Origin: an uncultured candidate division Zixibacteria bacterium
GTDB taxonomy: Bacteria > Zixibacteria > MSB-5A5 > RBG-16-43-9
Direction: 5' to 3'
DNA length: 64,000 nt
Assembly (NCBI GenBank): GCA_963713865.1
Contig: OY970208.1
Span: forward strand, 1,056,001-1,120,000
Within the stretch, counting starts at the first letter, position 1, and the number at the start of each line of letters is the position of its first letter. The notes beneath the pieces were generated by a model. The model searched no databases, was not told the DNA's origin, and was given only the letters and a program-made list of their open reading frames with translations. Of the stretch, positions 1 through 11,009 are shown piece by piece. The translations under genes were made by a program, and so were the position numbers.

Positions 1-1
1 G

Positions 2-3000
2 GTGTACAATGTAAACAATCCGCCGGTCTTAGACCCCATAGGACCGAGGAGTGTGAATGAGGGGCAGGTATTAGCATTTAGAGTTCATGGAACAGATATA
101 AATGGCGATAGATTGATTTTGAGTGCCTTGAACGTTCCCACCAATGCGACTTTCACTGACAGTGGTAATGGTTCAGGTGCATTTAGCTTCAGCCCGAATT
201 ATACTCAGTCAGGAGTTTATAATGTGACCTTTGTAGCCACAGATACAGTGGGATCTGCGGATAGTGAGGCGGTGGTAATAACAGTGAACAATGTAAATCA
301 GGCACCGATTTTAACCTATATTGGTCCGCGGAGTGTGATGGAAGATGATACATTGCTATTCAGGGTAAGTGCCACTGATCCAGATGGAACTTTTCCGACT
401 CTAAGTACCGTGAATAGACCTGCGAATTCCAGCTTTGTGGATTCTGCAAACGGAGCTGGCTCATTCAGATTCACACCTGATACCACTCAATACGGGATAT
501 ATTTTGTCACCTTCATATCCAGCGATGGGTCTTTAGCCGATAGTGAAATCGTTCAAATAACAGTAACTGAACAAGGAAATCAACCTCCAGTCATAGATTC
601 AATTGGACCAAGATCAGTCAGGGAGGGGGATTCTCTGAACATTACAGTCAGAGCTACTGACCCAGAGGGTAGTATTCCAGTTTTAGGTGCAAGCAATACC
701 CCATTTAATTCTATTTTCAAAGATAATCATAATGGCACCGGTCTCTTCATTTTTAAACCGAGCTATTATCAAGCTGGAGTGGACACAGTCACCTTTATTG
801 CTACAGACACCGGTCATGTTTCTGATTTTGAGAATGTGGTTATAACTATAATAGATGTAAATCGACCTCCCACGATTGATTCTATACTTCCACAAAATGT
901 AGCAGTTGGAGATACCCTGAGGATCAGAGTAGTGGGTAGAGATTCTTCGGATTGGAATGGGGGACGTTTATATATGACTGCAACGAATCTTCCTTTGAAT
1001 TCGACGTTTCAAGACAGCGGAAGTGGTATTGGCAAATTCAGGTTTATACCTAACAGCAGTCAGGTGGGTATTGATACTGTAACCTTTATGTGCACAGATG
1101 CTGAAATTCCAGCAATGACCGGAGTAAGAAATGTTACCATTACCGTAACCTCAGGTCCTAATAAACCTCCGGTCTTAAATCCAATTGGCTGGAAGATAGT
1201 AAATGAAGCTGAAACTCTGACCTTTAATGTCTCAGCTTCTGACCCGGATGGATCAATTCCAATTTTATATACCAACACTCTACCCAGAAATGCAGTTTTT
1301 GTAGATAGCGGGAATGGAAGAGGAACATTTACGTTTATGCCAGACTATGCTCAGCAGGGATTAAAGCAGGTAACCTTCTATGCTAGCGATGGTAGTTTAA
1401 TTGATTATGAAAATGTGCTGATTCAGGTTATAGATGCAGGTAACCAGAGACCGATTTTGCAGGCGATACCTCCGGACAGCGTTATGGAAGGAGATACCCT
1501 GCTAATAACTGTTCATGCGGATGATCCAGACAGCACTATACCAGCTTTATCTACTGGGGCATTACCCCTTAACGCTTATTTTACAGATCATCTAGATGGA
1601 AATGGAGTCTTTTGGTTTGCTCCTGTTTATGTGCAGTTTGGAGAGGATACCATAAAGTTCATAACTTCGGATGGCTTATTAGCTGATACTGAAACGGTTT
1701 TGATAACAGTGCTTGATGCTGGAAATCAGACTCCAGTTCTTTCTATACCCTACGATTCAACAACTGTAAATGAGAATGCCACTTTAAGCTTTACAGTTAC
1801 AGGGGTCGACCCGGATAGCGATAAGGTCATACCTGTACCTTACCTCAGGGCAACTAATTTACCGACTAATGCCACTTTTGATACTACTACATCTGGTAAA
1901 GTCAGAAGGGGAACATTCAGTTTCTCACCTGATTATTTCCAGGCAGGTAATTATACGGTATATTTCCGGGTGTTAGATTCTGAGGATACGCTGATGACCT
2001 CAGTTGACAGTATAAAGATAACGGTCATAAACGTTAATCGGAAACCTCATTTCACTCAATGCATATCTTCAGTAAATGTTAACGAGGGGAATACTTTGGT
2101 TATAAATGTCAAAGCAACGGATAATGATGGGCCAATCCCGAGATTAGATGTAAAACCAAAACCTTATTTAACCCATTTAGATTTTGTGGATAGCCTGAAC
2201 GGCACAGGAACACTTACCTTTACTCCGTATTATAACCAGGGGAATCAGAATCCAACAGTCTATTCGGATACTTTCATAGCAATAGACTCAGAATATCCAT
2301 CTGATACCGGTTACTGTTTGCCGCCAGCTACATTAATCTTGGTTTTTAATGTGCCCATGCCGCCGGTCATATCACCTATAAACGATACAAGTATAGTTGA
2401 AGGAGATACTTTAAGGATTGTCGTGCGTTTTTCTGATCCGGATAGTATACCTCCTGCTTTAGCGATAGTTAATCGACCAGCCAATTCTACTTTTACCTCT
2501 ATTAGTTACTATGGATGGTTCACCTTTACTCCTTCTTATGTCCAGTCAGGAGTTTATAATGTTAGCTTTATAGCTACGGATAATACCGCGTTAGCAGATA
2601 CTGAGCAGGTTCAGATCACTGTAATTGAGGCTGGTAACCAAAGGCCAATCCTGACTCATATTCCAGATACAATTGCAGTGGTTAGTGGTTCACAAAAGAG
2701 GGATACGCTAAACTTGCGTGTCAGTGCAACAGACCCGGATGGGACTATTCCTCATTTATATGCTAAGAATTTGCCTATAAATGCTACATTTATCGATAGC
2801 CTAAATGGAAGAGGGAGATTTACTTTTGCTCCAGATTCTGTTCAGGCTGATTCTATTTATGACGTAACCTTCATAGCTTCTGATGATACCTTGTCTGATA
2901 GTCTGACAGTCTCAATAACTGTAGTGTCCTATGTGCGAGGTGATGCAAATGGAAATGGGCAATGTAGTTTAGCAGATATAGTTTATTTAATTAACTACTT

Positions 3001-3124
3001 GTTTAAAGGTGGTCCAGCACCAAACCCCAGACAGGCTGGAGATGCTAATAGAGATAAAAAGGTTACTGTAGCTGATTGTGTCTATCTTATCAATTATCTT
3101 TTTAAAGGAGGCCCTCCTCCGTAA
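2..3124 (+). CDS. 5'-truncated large surface protein: ten ~95-100 aa Ig/cadherin-like (tandem-95 type) repeats plus C-terminal dockerin
   Basis: Ten repeats of N.PP.L..I....V.EG..L...V.A.DPD; C-terminal duplicated Ca-binding motif GDANGNG...[15 protein letters not shown] / GDANRDKK...[20 protein letters not shown] is open at the window edge. Confidence 0.85.
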   Translation: MYNVNNPPVLDPIGPRSVNEGQVLAFRVHGTDINGDRLILSALNVPTNATFTDSGNGSGAFSFSPNYTQSGVYNVTFVATDTVGSADSEAVVITVNNVNQAPILTYIGPRSVMEDDTLLFRVSATDPDGTFPTLSTVNRPANSSFVDSANGAGSFRFTPDTTQYGIYFVTFISSDGSLADSEIVQITVTEQGNQPPVIDSIGPRSVREGDSLNITVRATDPEGSIPVLGASNTPFNSIFKDNHNGTGLFIFKPSYYQAGVDTVTFIATDTGHVSDFENVVITIIDVNRPPTIDSILPQNVAVGDTLRIRVVGRDSSDWNGGRLYMTATNLPLNSTFQDSGSGIGKFRFIPNSSQVGIDTVTFMCTDAEIPAMTGVRNVTITVTSGPNKPPVLNPIGWKIVNEAETLTFNVSASDPDGSIPILYTNTLPRNAVFVDSGNGRGTFTFMPDYAQQGLKQVTFYASDGSLIDYENVLIQVIDAGNQRPILQAIPPDSVMEGDTLLITVHADDPDSTIPALSTGALPLNAYFTDHLDGNGVFWFAPVYVQFGEDTIKFITSDGLLADTETVLITVLDAGNQTPVLSIPYDSTTVNENATLSFTVTGVDPDSDKVIPVPYLRATNLPTNATFDTTTSGKVRRGTFSFSPDYFQAGNYTVYFRVLDSEDTLMTSVDSIKITVINVNRKPHFTQCISSVNVNEGNTLVINVKATDNDGPIPRLDVKPKPYLTHLDFVDSLNGTGTLTFTPYYNQGNQNPTVYSDTFIAIDSEYPSDTGYCLPPATLILVFNVPMPPVISPINDTSIVEGDTLRIVVRFSDPDSIPPALAIVNRPANSTFTSISYYGWFTFTPSYVQSGVYNVSFIATDNTALADTEQVQITVIEAGNQRPILTHIPDTIAVVSGSQKRDTLNLRVSATDPDGTIPHLYAKNLPINATFIDSLNGRGRFTFAPDSVQADSIYDVTFIASDDTLSDSLTVSITVVSYVRGDANGNGQCSLADIVYLINYLFKGGPAPNPRQAGDANRDKKVTVADCVYLINYLFKGGPPP

Positions 3125-3739
3125 GCCCTTGTTTTAAAAAAGGTTTCTCTGAAGTTCAATATAGGAAACAGATATACATATAATCTATTGTCCAAAGGAT
3201 ATAAGGTTATTTACTCCCAGGTTTAGGGAATTTTTAACCCCTTTTATAATACAGTTACCTTAATCTTAATAATTACAGGGGATAAGGATAACCCTTAAGC
3301 CTTATCTTATTATCCAGGTTAAACTTTTAAGAAAATTTGTCGATTAGAATATTAATTAAAAATTGATAAAAAGAATAAAAAAAAGACTTGACAAATTGAG
3401 TAAAAAAGTTTAATTATAAAGTGGTAAGTCTTGGGTGTTAGTCAGGTTGGATTTTAAGATCAAAGAGTTAAGCCGTAGAAGTTTTTCTCCAAAGAACTTC
3501 TCAATAGATATTTTAACTTTTTCCTAACTTAAAAGACCAAAGAGCCAATTTAATTGTTTGCAGGAGGAAAGGGAGTGAGGGAAAAGTTAGGCAGGTTTTT
3601 TTATTAAAGCAGGAGGAGGAAATCCAAGCAGAAGTTTTAAAGATAATACTTTTCATTAATAAAGGAGGTGGTGTTAAGGTTTAATAATTATTTATCTAAA
3701 AATAGGAAGTAGTTTTAGTAACCAAGAAAGGAGCAAAAG

Positions 3740-6700
3740 ATGGCGAAAAGAGTTTTAGTCTTAGCCTTAAGTTTATTGCTGATAGCAAGCTTAAGTGCTT
3801 TTGGGGCGAAGAAGCCGGTGGAGAAGAAAGTGCTCCCGAGCATGGAGAAAATGAAGCCCGTAGATGAGAGTATAATCTACCCGTATCGTACTACGACCAC
3901 TTTAGAACCCAAGTTCTTCTTCCCGATGACAGATGACACCGTAGGCTGGACTTATTATGACTACCAGGAAAACAGTTCCGCACACCGCCGGATAGCCTAT
4001 GATTATCTGGGGAATCTGCATTTCGACTGGATGAATATGGTGGGTCCGGATTTGAGCGAGAACCGCTATATCGATTATAATGCTCGTTACTCAGATGGAA
4101 GCTGGCTAAATCCTGGCGCGGGTATGCATGTTACTAAACCCACAGGCAGAGGCGGGTATTGTGGTTTAGATATACTGCCGAATTCGAGGGAGGTATTAGC
4201 TTTCCACGATGTTGGCGGCGGGTACTATTCCTGTCTTGCCATAGAGAAGACCACTCCTGGATTAGGGCAGTTCAACATATTCGATGTTAGAGACGGAGTC
4301 CAAGGCAGTGTAGCTGACGACCATAGTACCTGGCCTATGATTGGCACTTCCAAAGCAGGGCATAGTGGCACCACTTATATTCATATAACTAATTTTGCTC
4401 AGAATGATTATGCTGGTTACCAGCGCTGTTATGAGAAAGCACCGGATTCTCTGATATGTCAATCACCGGGATGGACTGATACCATAAGGGTTAAGGCTGG
4501 TTATCTGCTGGAAGCTAACAGCAAAAACAAACAACCCTATATGTTTAACGGCACTCAAAATGGCAATGATGGCAAGATCACTTATATTGCAGCGCCGGTA
4601 GTTACTTCTCCTACTGGATCAGGACACGTGGCTATAATCTGGTATGATCAGACAGCTTCTGTCTTTTATCAGGGAGAGATGTATTATATAGAGTCCACCA
4701 CTGACGGGGATGACTGGATGGCCGGGAACAACCTAACACCCATAAAGATAACCAATTGGGGCGCCAATAACTGGAAAGATTACGATTTCTATTACACTGA
4801 GATAGCTGCAGTGTACGACTATAATAATGTGCTCCATGTATTCTTTACTGCCTCTGCTACTGGAAACGAAGGAGAAGATCTAAGTTTATTCCACTGGAGT
4901 ACAGCTACTGGTGATACCCTTCACAAAGTGGCTTCTCGGTATGTAGCCGCAAATTGCGGTGCTTGGGATTACGGTATTGCCAAGCCGACCGCGGGTGTAG
5001 AATATCAGGTGGGAAATGCGGCTTACAATTATCTCTATGTGGTTTACGCCGGGTACAAGGATGACGACGTATCTTTAGCTGGTTATGCCAATGCGGATAT
5101 ATATAAGAAAGTATCTGCCACTGGCGGCCGGAACTGGGGACCTGAGGTGAACCTGACCAATACCAATACAGATGGCTGTGACAACGGGGACTGCGAAAGT
5201 GAAGCTTGGCCTACAGTAGCCGAGAGGGTGGGAGACTATATGTATGTCAGCTATCTTTATGATTTAGATGCCTCTGGTGCTATCACCCCTGAAGGTGGAT
5301 ATACCCTCGATCCGTTTCGCTACCTGAAGGATCCACGCGAGTTAGTTCCAGCAGTTGCCGGTAAGGACTTTACCCCAAGTATGATGATTAGTCCGGTCAG
5401 ATGGGCTAAAAACGGAGCAAGCAAAGCTGATGCTTTTACCTTTGCGAATACTGGTACAGCGACTTTGTATGTGAAGATCAGTACACCTCCCTATGTAACT
5501 GCAGTTCCGGCTCAATTCAGTATCCTACAGCTTTCGGCACCGGTGAATGTTAACCTGACCTTCAGCGGAGCCGGGAAACAAGATACCTTCTTAGTAGGCC
5601 AGATAATGATTGAGTCAAACAATGGCTTATTAGGTGGTGGAGAGACCTATGTAGATACTGAGTATGCGAAGTTCCACTTTGTGGTAACTGACACCTTCTA
5701 CTATCCTGAATATGACACAGCAAATTTACATGTTAGAGCGGTCGTTTCCAACGTAGGGAACATAGGACACCAGGAAGATGACGATCTGACCGGCAACGGG
5801 ATGAACTATAATGGATATAATTATCTATTTGAGTTTACTCCGGTTTTTGTTACTGATGATATCGGTGGAGAGGGTCCTGTGGGCTTTACCTGGTTACATG
5901 ATCACCATGACTTTTTACCCGAAGCTCACGTGAAGTCGCAGACTTATAACTATCTATTGAGCACATCATCGTCCGTAAAGGTCAAAGTAATATACGATAA
6001 GTTTAGCCTTGTTTTTCCAGGACGTCTTACTTCTCATGGCGACTTCCACTCATGGTGGAGCTACTGGACTAAGTATTCTCAGGTCATGGTCTTCGACTCC
6101 CCTCCGGTTATTCTGGTATACAACTGGTGGTACTGGAATCCGCCTCCGATATGGTGGGATGATCTTACCGGATCTACAAATCCGCAAGGAGGTTATTTTG
6201 GCATAGCGGCTGACTGGGATATCCAAGCTAAACATGGCTCAGATAACTGGGGTGGTTATGATGAGGATTTGAATCTAATCTGGCAGCAGGGAGACAGTGC
6301 TGAGTTCCTGAACTACTATGGTGCCTTCCAATTCTTAGATGCGGAAGTAACGCAAGGTGGCTCTACCATCTACCACGGCACCGCACCGTTGAGCGCTTAC
6401 GTTTTGAACAACGCTAAACAGCTCTATCCTTATAGCGGGTATAATGATGATTCCCTGTATAAGTTTATGTCAACAACTGGCTTTTCAGTTGAGCAGGAAG
6501 ATTCTATGCAGGATAATAATATGCTGATGTCAATGGCTCAGGTAACTGCTCCTGATCCCACCACTGTAATTGAGCTGAAATATTTATTACTGGTAACTGA
6601 TAAGGGTTTAGATAGTTTGAAAGCCAACGCGGCTAAGTTATCTGAGATAATTGCACAGTGTACTTCTTTATCTGGAGATGCCAATGGTGATGGAAAGATT

Positions 6701-6883
6701 TCGGTTTCGGATGTGGTATATCTTATAAATTATCTATTCAAAGGTGGTCCGCTACCGGTTAATCCAAGTGATGCCAATGGCGATGGAAAGATTTCGGTTT
6801 CGGATGTGGTTTACCTGATTAATTACCTGTTTAAGGGCGGTCCTCCTCCTGTAACTGGTCCTATACCAATTTGGTGTGAGTGA
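3740..6883 (+). CDS. Secreted 1047-aa protein of unknown function with C-terminal dockerin
   Basis: SD AAGGAG; signal peptide MAKRVLVLALSLLLIASLSAFG; two identical [25 protein letters not shown] repeats. Confidence 0.85.
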   Translation: MAKRVLVLALSLLLIASLSAFGAKKPVEKKVLPSMEKMKPVDESIIYPYRTTTTLEPKFFFPMTDDTVGWTYYDYQENSSAHRRIAYDYLGNLHFDWMNMVGPDLSENRYIDYNARYSDGSWLNPGAGMHVTKPTGRGGYCGLDILPNSREVLAFHDVGGGYYSCLAIEKTTPGLGQFNIFDVRDGVQGSVADDHSTWPMIGTSKAGHSGTTYIHITNFAQNDYAGYQRCYEKAPDSLICQSPGWTDTIRVKAGYLLEANSKNKQPYMFNGTQNGNDGKITYIAAPVVTSPTGSGHVAIIWYDQTASVFYQGEMYYIESTTDGDDWMAGNNLTPIKITNWGANNWKDYDFYYTEIAAVYDYNNVLHVFFTASATGNEGEDLSLFHWSTATGDTLHKVASRYVAANCGAWDYGIAKPTAGVEYQVGNAAYNYLYVVYAGYKDDDVSLAGYANADIYKKVSATGGRNWGPEVNLTNTNTDGCDNGDCESEAWPTVAERVGDYMYVSYLYDLDASGAITPEGGYTLDPFRYLKDPRELVPAVAGKDFTPSMMISPVRWAKNGASKADAFTFANTGTATLYVKISTPPYVTAVPAQFSILQLSAPVNVNLTFSGAGKQDTFLVGQIMIESNNGLLGGGETYVDTEYAKFHFVVTDTFYYPEYDTANLHVRAVVSNVGNIGHQEDDDLTGNGMNYNGYNYLFEFTPVFVTDDIGGEGPVGFTWLHDHHDFLPEAHVKSQTYNYLLSTSSSVKVKVIYDKFSLVFPGRLTSHGDFHSWWSYWTKYSQVMVFDSPPVILVYNWWYWNPPPIWWDDLTGSTNPQGGYFGIAADWDIQAKHGSDNWGGYDEDLNLIWQQGDSAEFLNYYGAFQFLDAEVTQGGSTIYHGTAPLSAYVLNNAKQLYPYSGYNDDSLYKFMSTTGFSVEQEDSMQDNNMLMSMAQVTAPDPTTVIELKYLLLVTDKGLDSLKANAAKLSEIIAQCTSLSGDANGDGKISVSDVVYLINYLFKGGPLPVNPSDANGDGKISVSDVVYLINYLFKGGPPPVTGPIPIWCE

Positions 6884-6917
6884 GCTTTCCTTCAAGGCAG
6901 GTTAGAGATTTAAAGTT

Positions 6918-6956
6918 TATGGGATTCCGTTCCAAAACGGAGTCCCATAACTTTTT
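6918..6956 (+). terminator. Intrinsic terminator
   Basis: Stem TATGGGATTCCGTT/AACGGAGTCCCATA followed by a T-run, 35 nt after the stop. Confidence 0.75.
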
Positions 6957-7421
6957 AAAAGAGGGGTTAAACTTTAAAGAAGATGCGTTTCTTTGATGGT
7001 AACATCTAAGTTAGCTCTTCTCATAAGATTATTCCCTTGCTTGTTTTTATTAAGGTTCTAATTTATGGTAATAATAGTCAAACTTTTTCGTATTTTATTA
7101 TAGCTATACGTTAGGTATAACAACGTTCCTTGAAATGTGGTTAGTTATAGATTTGTTTGGAGGGAGAACCCATTCTATTCTGTGTAGCGTTAAAGGTGCT
7201 AACTGGGTTAGTATTCTCTCAGCGTTAAATATGGTTTATCTAATCAACTATTTATTCAGAGGTTGACTTTCACCAGGTTGTGAAAAAATAAAAAAATCTT
7301 AATTTTTTTGTTGACAAATTATCTGGCTTTGATTATATACTTAAAAAGTGAGTATAATTAAGTAGAAACATCTTTAATATTTTAACGTTAAGGAGGTGGT
7401 TTGGCATATACTATAGCTAAA

Positions 7422-7448
7422 GCCGATAAAAGCTCTACGGCTCGTAGA
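7422..7448 (+). repeat. 27-nt mini-element copy
   Basis: GCCGATAAAAGCTCTACGGCTCGTAGA; same termini as copies at 23549, 28873 (minus) and 61404. Confidence 0.75.
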
Positions 7449-7511
7449 GAGGTGGAAAGAAGGAATGAAGAAAACAAAAACTATAACAATTATTAGGAGA
7501 GGGGTGAAAAA

Positions 7512-8357
7512 ATGAAAAGAAACTTAACCTTAGTATTTTTATTATCTCTATTTTGTTTGACAAGCTTTAATTTGGCCTTAGCTCAGGACTCTGGAATAAG
7601 GGATACCTGTTATGTTGATCGAATAACGAAAGTGCGTCCGGATACTCAAGTGATTATGAATATTTATATTGTTAACGATGAGGCCTTAGGTGCATTTACT
7701 ATTCCCCTGAGATTTCCGGATTCTATTTCAACTTTAGATATTACCTGCGATTCTATTAGCTTTGTGGGCACCAGATCTGAATCAGCCGCATATAAAAGCG
7801 ATGCAACCTCCATAAATAATGCTAAAAACAGACTGGTGGCATTAGCGATTTGGATTACGGAACTTGGCATAGGAAATGTAGCAAGTGGCCCTGTGGCTAA
7901 GATATACTTTACAACCGGTTCTTCGTGGGATTCAACCAGTTATGTTCCAGTAGATACTGTTATATGGCCTCCTATATCAGAGTTAGAATTTGTACCTTCA
8001 GCAACTGGCATAGGATTTATGCCAGTCTTCTTGAAAGGTGCTTTAGAGGTAAGAGAGGTTAATACTCCATCAATACCTACGGTTTTCAGCCTTTCTCAGA
8101 ACTATCCTAATCCTTTTAACCCCAAGACACTGATAAGGTTTACCCTTCCAAAGGATTCCTGGGTTAATATAGAGGTGTATAACATCTTAGGGCAGAGGGT
8201 AAAAACTCTGGTGAATGAGAAACTTACTGCTGGAGTAAAAGAAGTGGAATGGGATAGTAAAGGTGATAATGGACTTGAGGTTGCCAGTGGGATCTATTTT
8301 TATAGAATTAAAGCAGATGATTTTTCAGACATAAAGAAAATGGTTATGCTGAAATAG
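7512..8357 (+). CDS. Secreted cohesin-like domain protein with T9SS type-A/FlgD-Ig C-terminal domain
   Basis: Signal peptide; beta-rich domain (IYIVNDEALGAFTIPLRF...CDSISFVGTR) paralogous to the N-terminus of 30961; tail LSQNYPNPFNP...SGIYFYRI...KKMVMLK. Confidence 0.75.
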   Translation: MKRNLTLVFLLSLFCLTSFNLALAQDSGIRDTCYVDRITKVRPDTQVIMNIYIVNDEALGAFTIPLRFPDSISTLDITCDSISFVGTRSESAAYKSDATSINNAKNRLVALAIWITELGIGNVASGPVAKIYFTTGSSWDSTSYVPVDTVIWPPISELEFVPSATGIGFMPVFLKGALEVREVNTPSIPTVFSLSQNYPNPFNPKTLIRFTLPKDSWVNIEVYNILGQRVKTLVNEKLTAGVKEVEWDSKGDNGLEVASGIYFYRIKADDFSDIKKMVMLK

Positions 8358-8388
8358 TTTTTAGGTAACTTATTTTTAAACAGTAAGT

Positions 8389-8422
8389 TAAGCCCCATTC
8401 ATTAAACTGAATGGGGCTTTTT
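8389..8422 (+). terminator. Intrinsic terminator
   Basis: AAGCCCCATTCA/TGAATGGGGCTT followed by a T-run. Confidence 0.8.
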
Positions 8423-8547
8423 AATTATATTATTATAGTTAAAACAATAATTTTGAAGAGGCAACTTTTTAACTCTTTGATTATTAATATGTTACAATGA
8501 TAGATAAGATAATCTTATAAAATTTGTTTTATATTTCATATTTTATA

Positions 8548-8576
8548 TTGACAAAATGAGCTTAAGATTATAAAAT
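8548..8576 (+). promoter_or_regulatory. Sigma-70-type promoter
   Basis: TTGACA-17 nt-TAAAAT upstream of ATG 8649. Confidence 0.55.
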
Positions 8577-8648
8577 ATAAGAACTTTTAGAAAAGATCCT
8601 TTAATTTAAAGGGAAGAAGTATAAAAAATAAAAAAATATAAAATATCG

Positions 8649-10821
8649 ATGCTTAGCCTTCAGAAAAATAAGATTTTAATAGGAAAAGAAGAATATTTCC
8701 TCAATTCTGCTGAAATTCATTATTTCAGAGTAAGCAAGAAATACTGGTCAGTTTGCTTTGAGAGGATCAAAAAAGCAGGTTTTAGAATCATAGCGACTGC
8801 AGTCCCCTGGAACCTGCATGAGATCTCTATGGGGGAATTTGAATTTGCCGGGGAAACCGATAGTCGAAGAGATCTGGTGGTTTTTTTAGAGCTGGCAAGG
8901 GAGTTTGGTTTTAAAGTGATTCTGAAAATTGGACCTTATATAGGTGCAGAATGGGAAAATGGAGGGTATCCTGATTTTGTTTTGGAAAATCTTGCTCTTA
9001 TTGCGAAAGATCCTCAAGGAGATCCAGTGGCTATGTCAGAACAGCAGGAATTCTCAAAAGTAGCACTCCCTTCTATTAACCATCCATCTTTTAAAAGTCA
9101 CTGCAAGAGATATATAAACGCTTTGAGTGGTGCATTAAAAAATTATATCTATCCAAAGGGACCGGTAATTATAATTCAGTTGGGTAGGAAAACCGGTTTT
9201 AATTTTTTCACAGATCCATTTAAGCTCGATTATAATATCGATACTATCCACAACCTTTACCCTGCTTTTCTTAAGGAGAAGTATAAGGAGACAAAAATTC
9301 TCAATTCGGAGTACCAGATAAAATCAAAAAATTTTGGTGAAATATCTCCACCAACAGCTCAGAAGATTAAGAAATTTTCGGATCTATTAAGATTTCTGGA
9401 TTGGGTGGAGTTCAAATCTGGTTCTGGTTTCAACCTACTTGTTAAATCTAAAAGAGTTCTTAATATCTTCACAGATCGTTCCTCTTTTCTTTAACGATAT
9501 CTTCTGGGAAAATGGTTTTTTGTCCTCATCAGAATGGCCTTCTCTGCAGAAAGAAAATATATTTGCCGGTTTAGGAATCAACTGGTTTAGAAATTATTCT
9601 GAATACGCTTGGCACATCAGATCCTTTACTGGTTCAGCTTCCTTTCCCTGGTCTATTGAATTTGCCAGTGGAGCTTCAGCCCAGATCCCGGAGGAGAAGA
9701 AGAAATATCTTCCTATTAGAACACAGGAGATGAAATTTATGTTGATCACCTCTTTGGCTATGGGGATTAAAGGTTTTACTCATACTATGTTTGTGGAGAG
9801 GAGTGACTGGTATGGCTCTCCTTTAGCTGAAGATGGAACTATTCAGGAGGGATATGACCTGATTAAAAACTTCAATCTCCTTTTAGAGAGAATAGATTTG
9901 AGAGCTCTGGAAAACGTAGTTCAGATAAATCTTTTGAATTATAATCCTTATCTATATTTAAGCCAAGTTAAAGATCAAACGCTTTTCCCTTATCTGAACT
10001 CTCTAGTCCATCAAACCCACTTTGGCTTAAGTCAGGACCTGAGGGGATTGAAATATGATTTTGGGATATCGGATTCTGGTATGGAAAAAAGTCTGGAGAA
10101 GTACAAGGTATTATTGATGCCAGTGGCTGAGTTTATGGATTCAAAGACTCAAGCTCTTATTCTGGATGAGGTAAAAAAAGGTAAAAGTTTAATCCTGTAC
10201 GGGCTTTTGCCTAAATATGATTTAAGGTTAAAAAGTTGCGAGGTTTTAGCCCGTGGTCTCAAGATGAAAACTGCTCCCCTTTCAGGGGTTGAGAGAATTG
10301 AAACCCTAAAAGCAGAATTCCCCTCATCCCTCTATGGTTTTATAAAAACTCATCCTAAAAATTATCAAGTAGTAGCTAAAGCAGGAAAAAGAGTTGTCGG
10401 GGTAAAGGGGAAGTTAGGTAAAGGGAAGGTCTATCTTTTTACATTTGATCTGTCTACCTCACTCTTTGGTAAGAATTTAAATTTTTTGGATGAGATTCTA
10501 CAGGAGGCCGGGGTAATCAGATTTTTAAATTCCTCAGACCCTGAATTAGAGGTGATAGTTCAAAAGAATGAGAAAGTTACTTTACTTTATCTGATTAGTC
10601 CCGGAACCCCCTTCTCTCCAGAAAATGCTGGGCCTAAGAAAGGTATTATCCTGCAACTGGATTGCGGTAAGATCGGAGTCAAGGGGAAAAAGATTACCCT
10701 GATCGAACTTTTGGGTGGAGAGATAATCAAGACTACCTCGGATGAATTGAAAAAGGGGATATGTTTGGAGATGGGAAAGTTAGAAGGCCGGATCTATTTA
10801 ATCGAAGGAACCAAAGCTTAA
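8649..10821 (+). CDS. GH35/GH42-like beta-galactosidase-family protein split by a +1 frameshift near 9422 (723 aa if repaired)
   Basis: GH35 motifs EIHYFR, VPWNLHE, GPYIGAEWENGGYP in 8649..9494; trimerisation-like C-terminal part in overlapping ORF 9439..10821; deleting one T in GTTCTGG (9421-9427) fuses the two. Confidence 0.7.
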
Positions 10822-11009
10822 TAGCTTTAATTACACTTCTCCATCTATACAATCTCACTCTAACAATAAATTCCTGCTTCTTATCAATAAAATATTTACT
10901 ACTAATTCTATCTCCAAACCTTTTGACCTGGATTGGCTTTTATCTTTTGTACAGGAGTTCCTGATTTCTCAATCGGAGTTAAAAGTTAAATAGAAAAGAG
11001 TATTTATCC

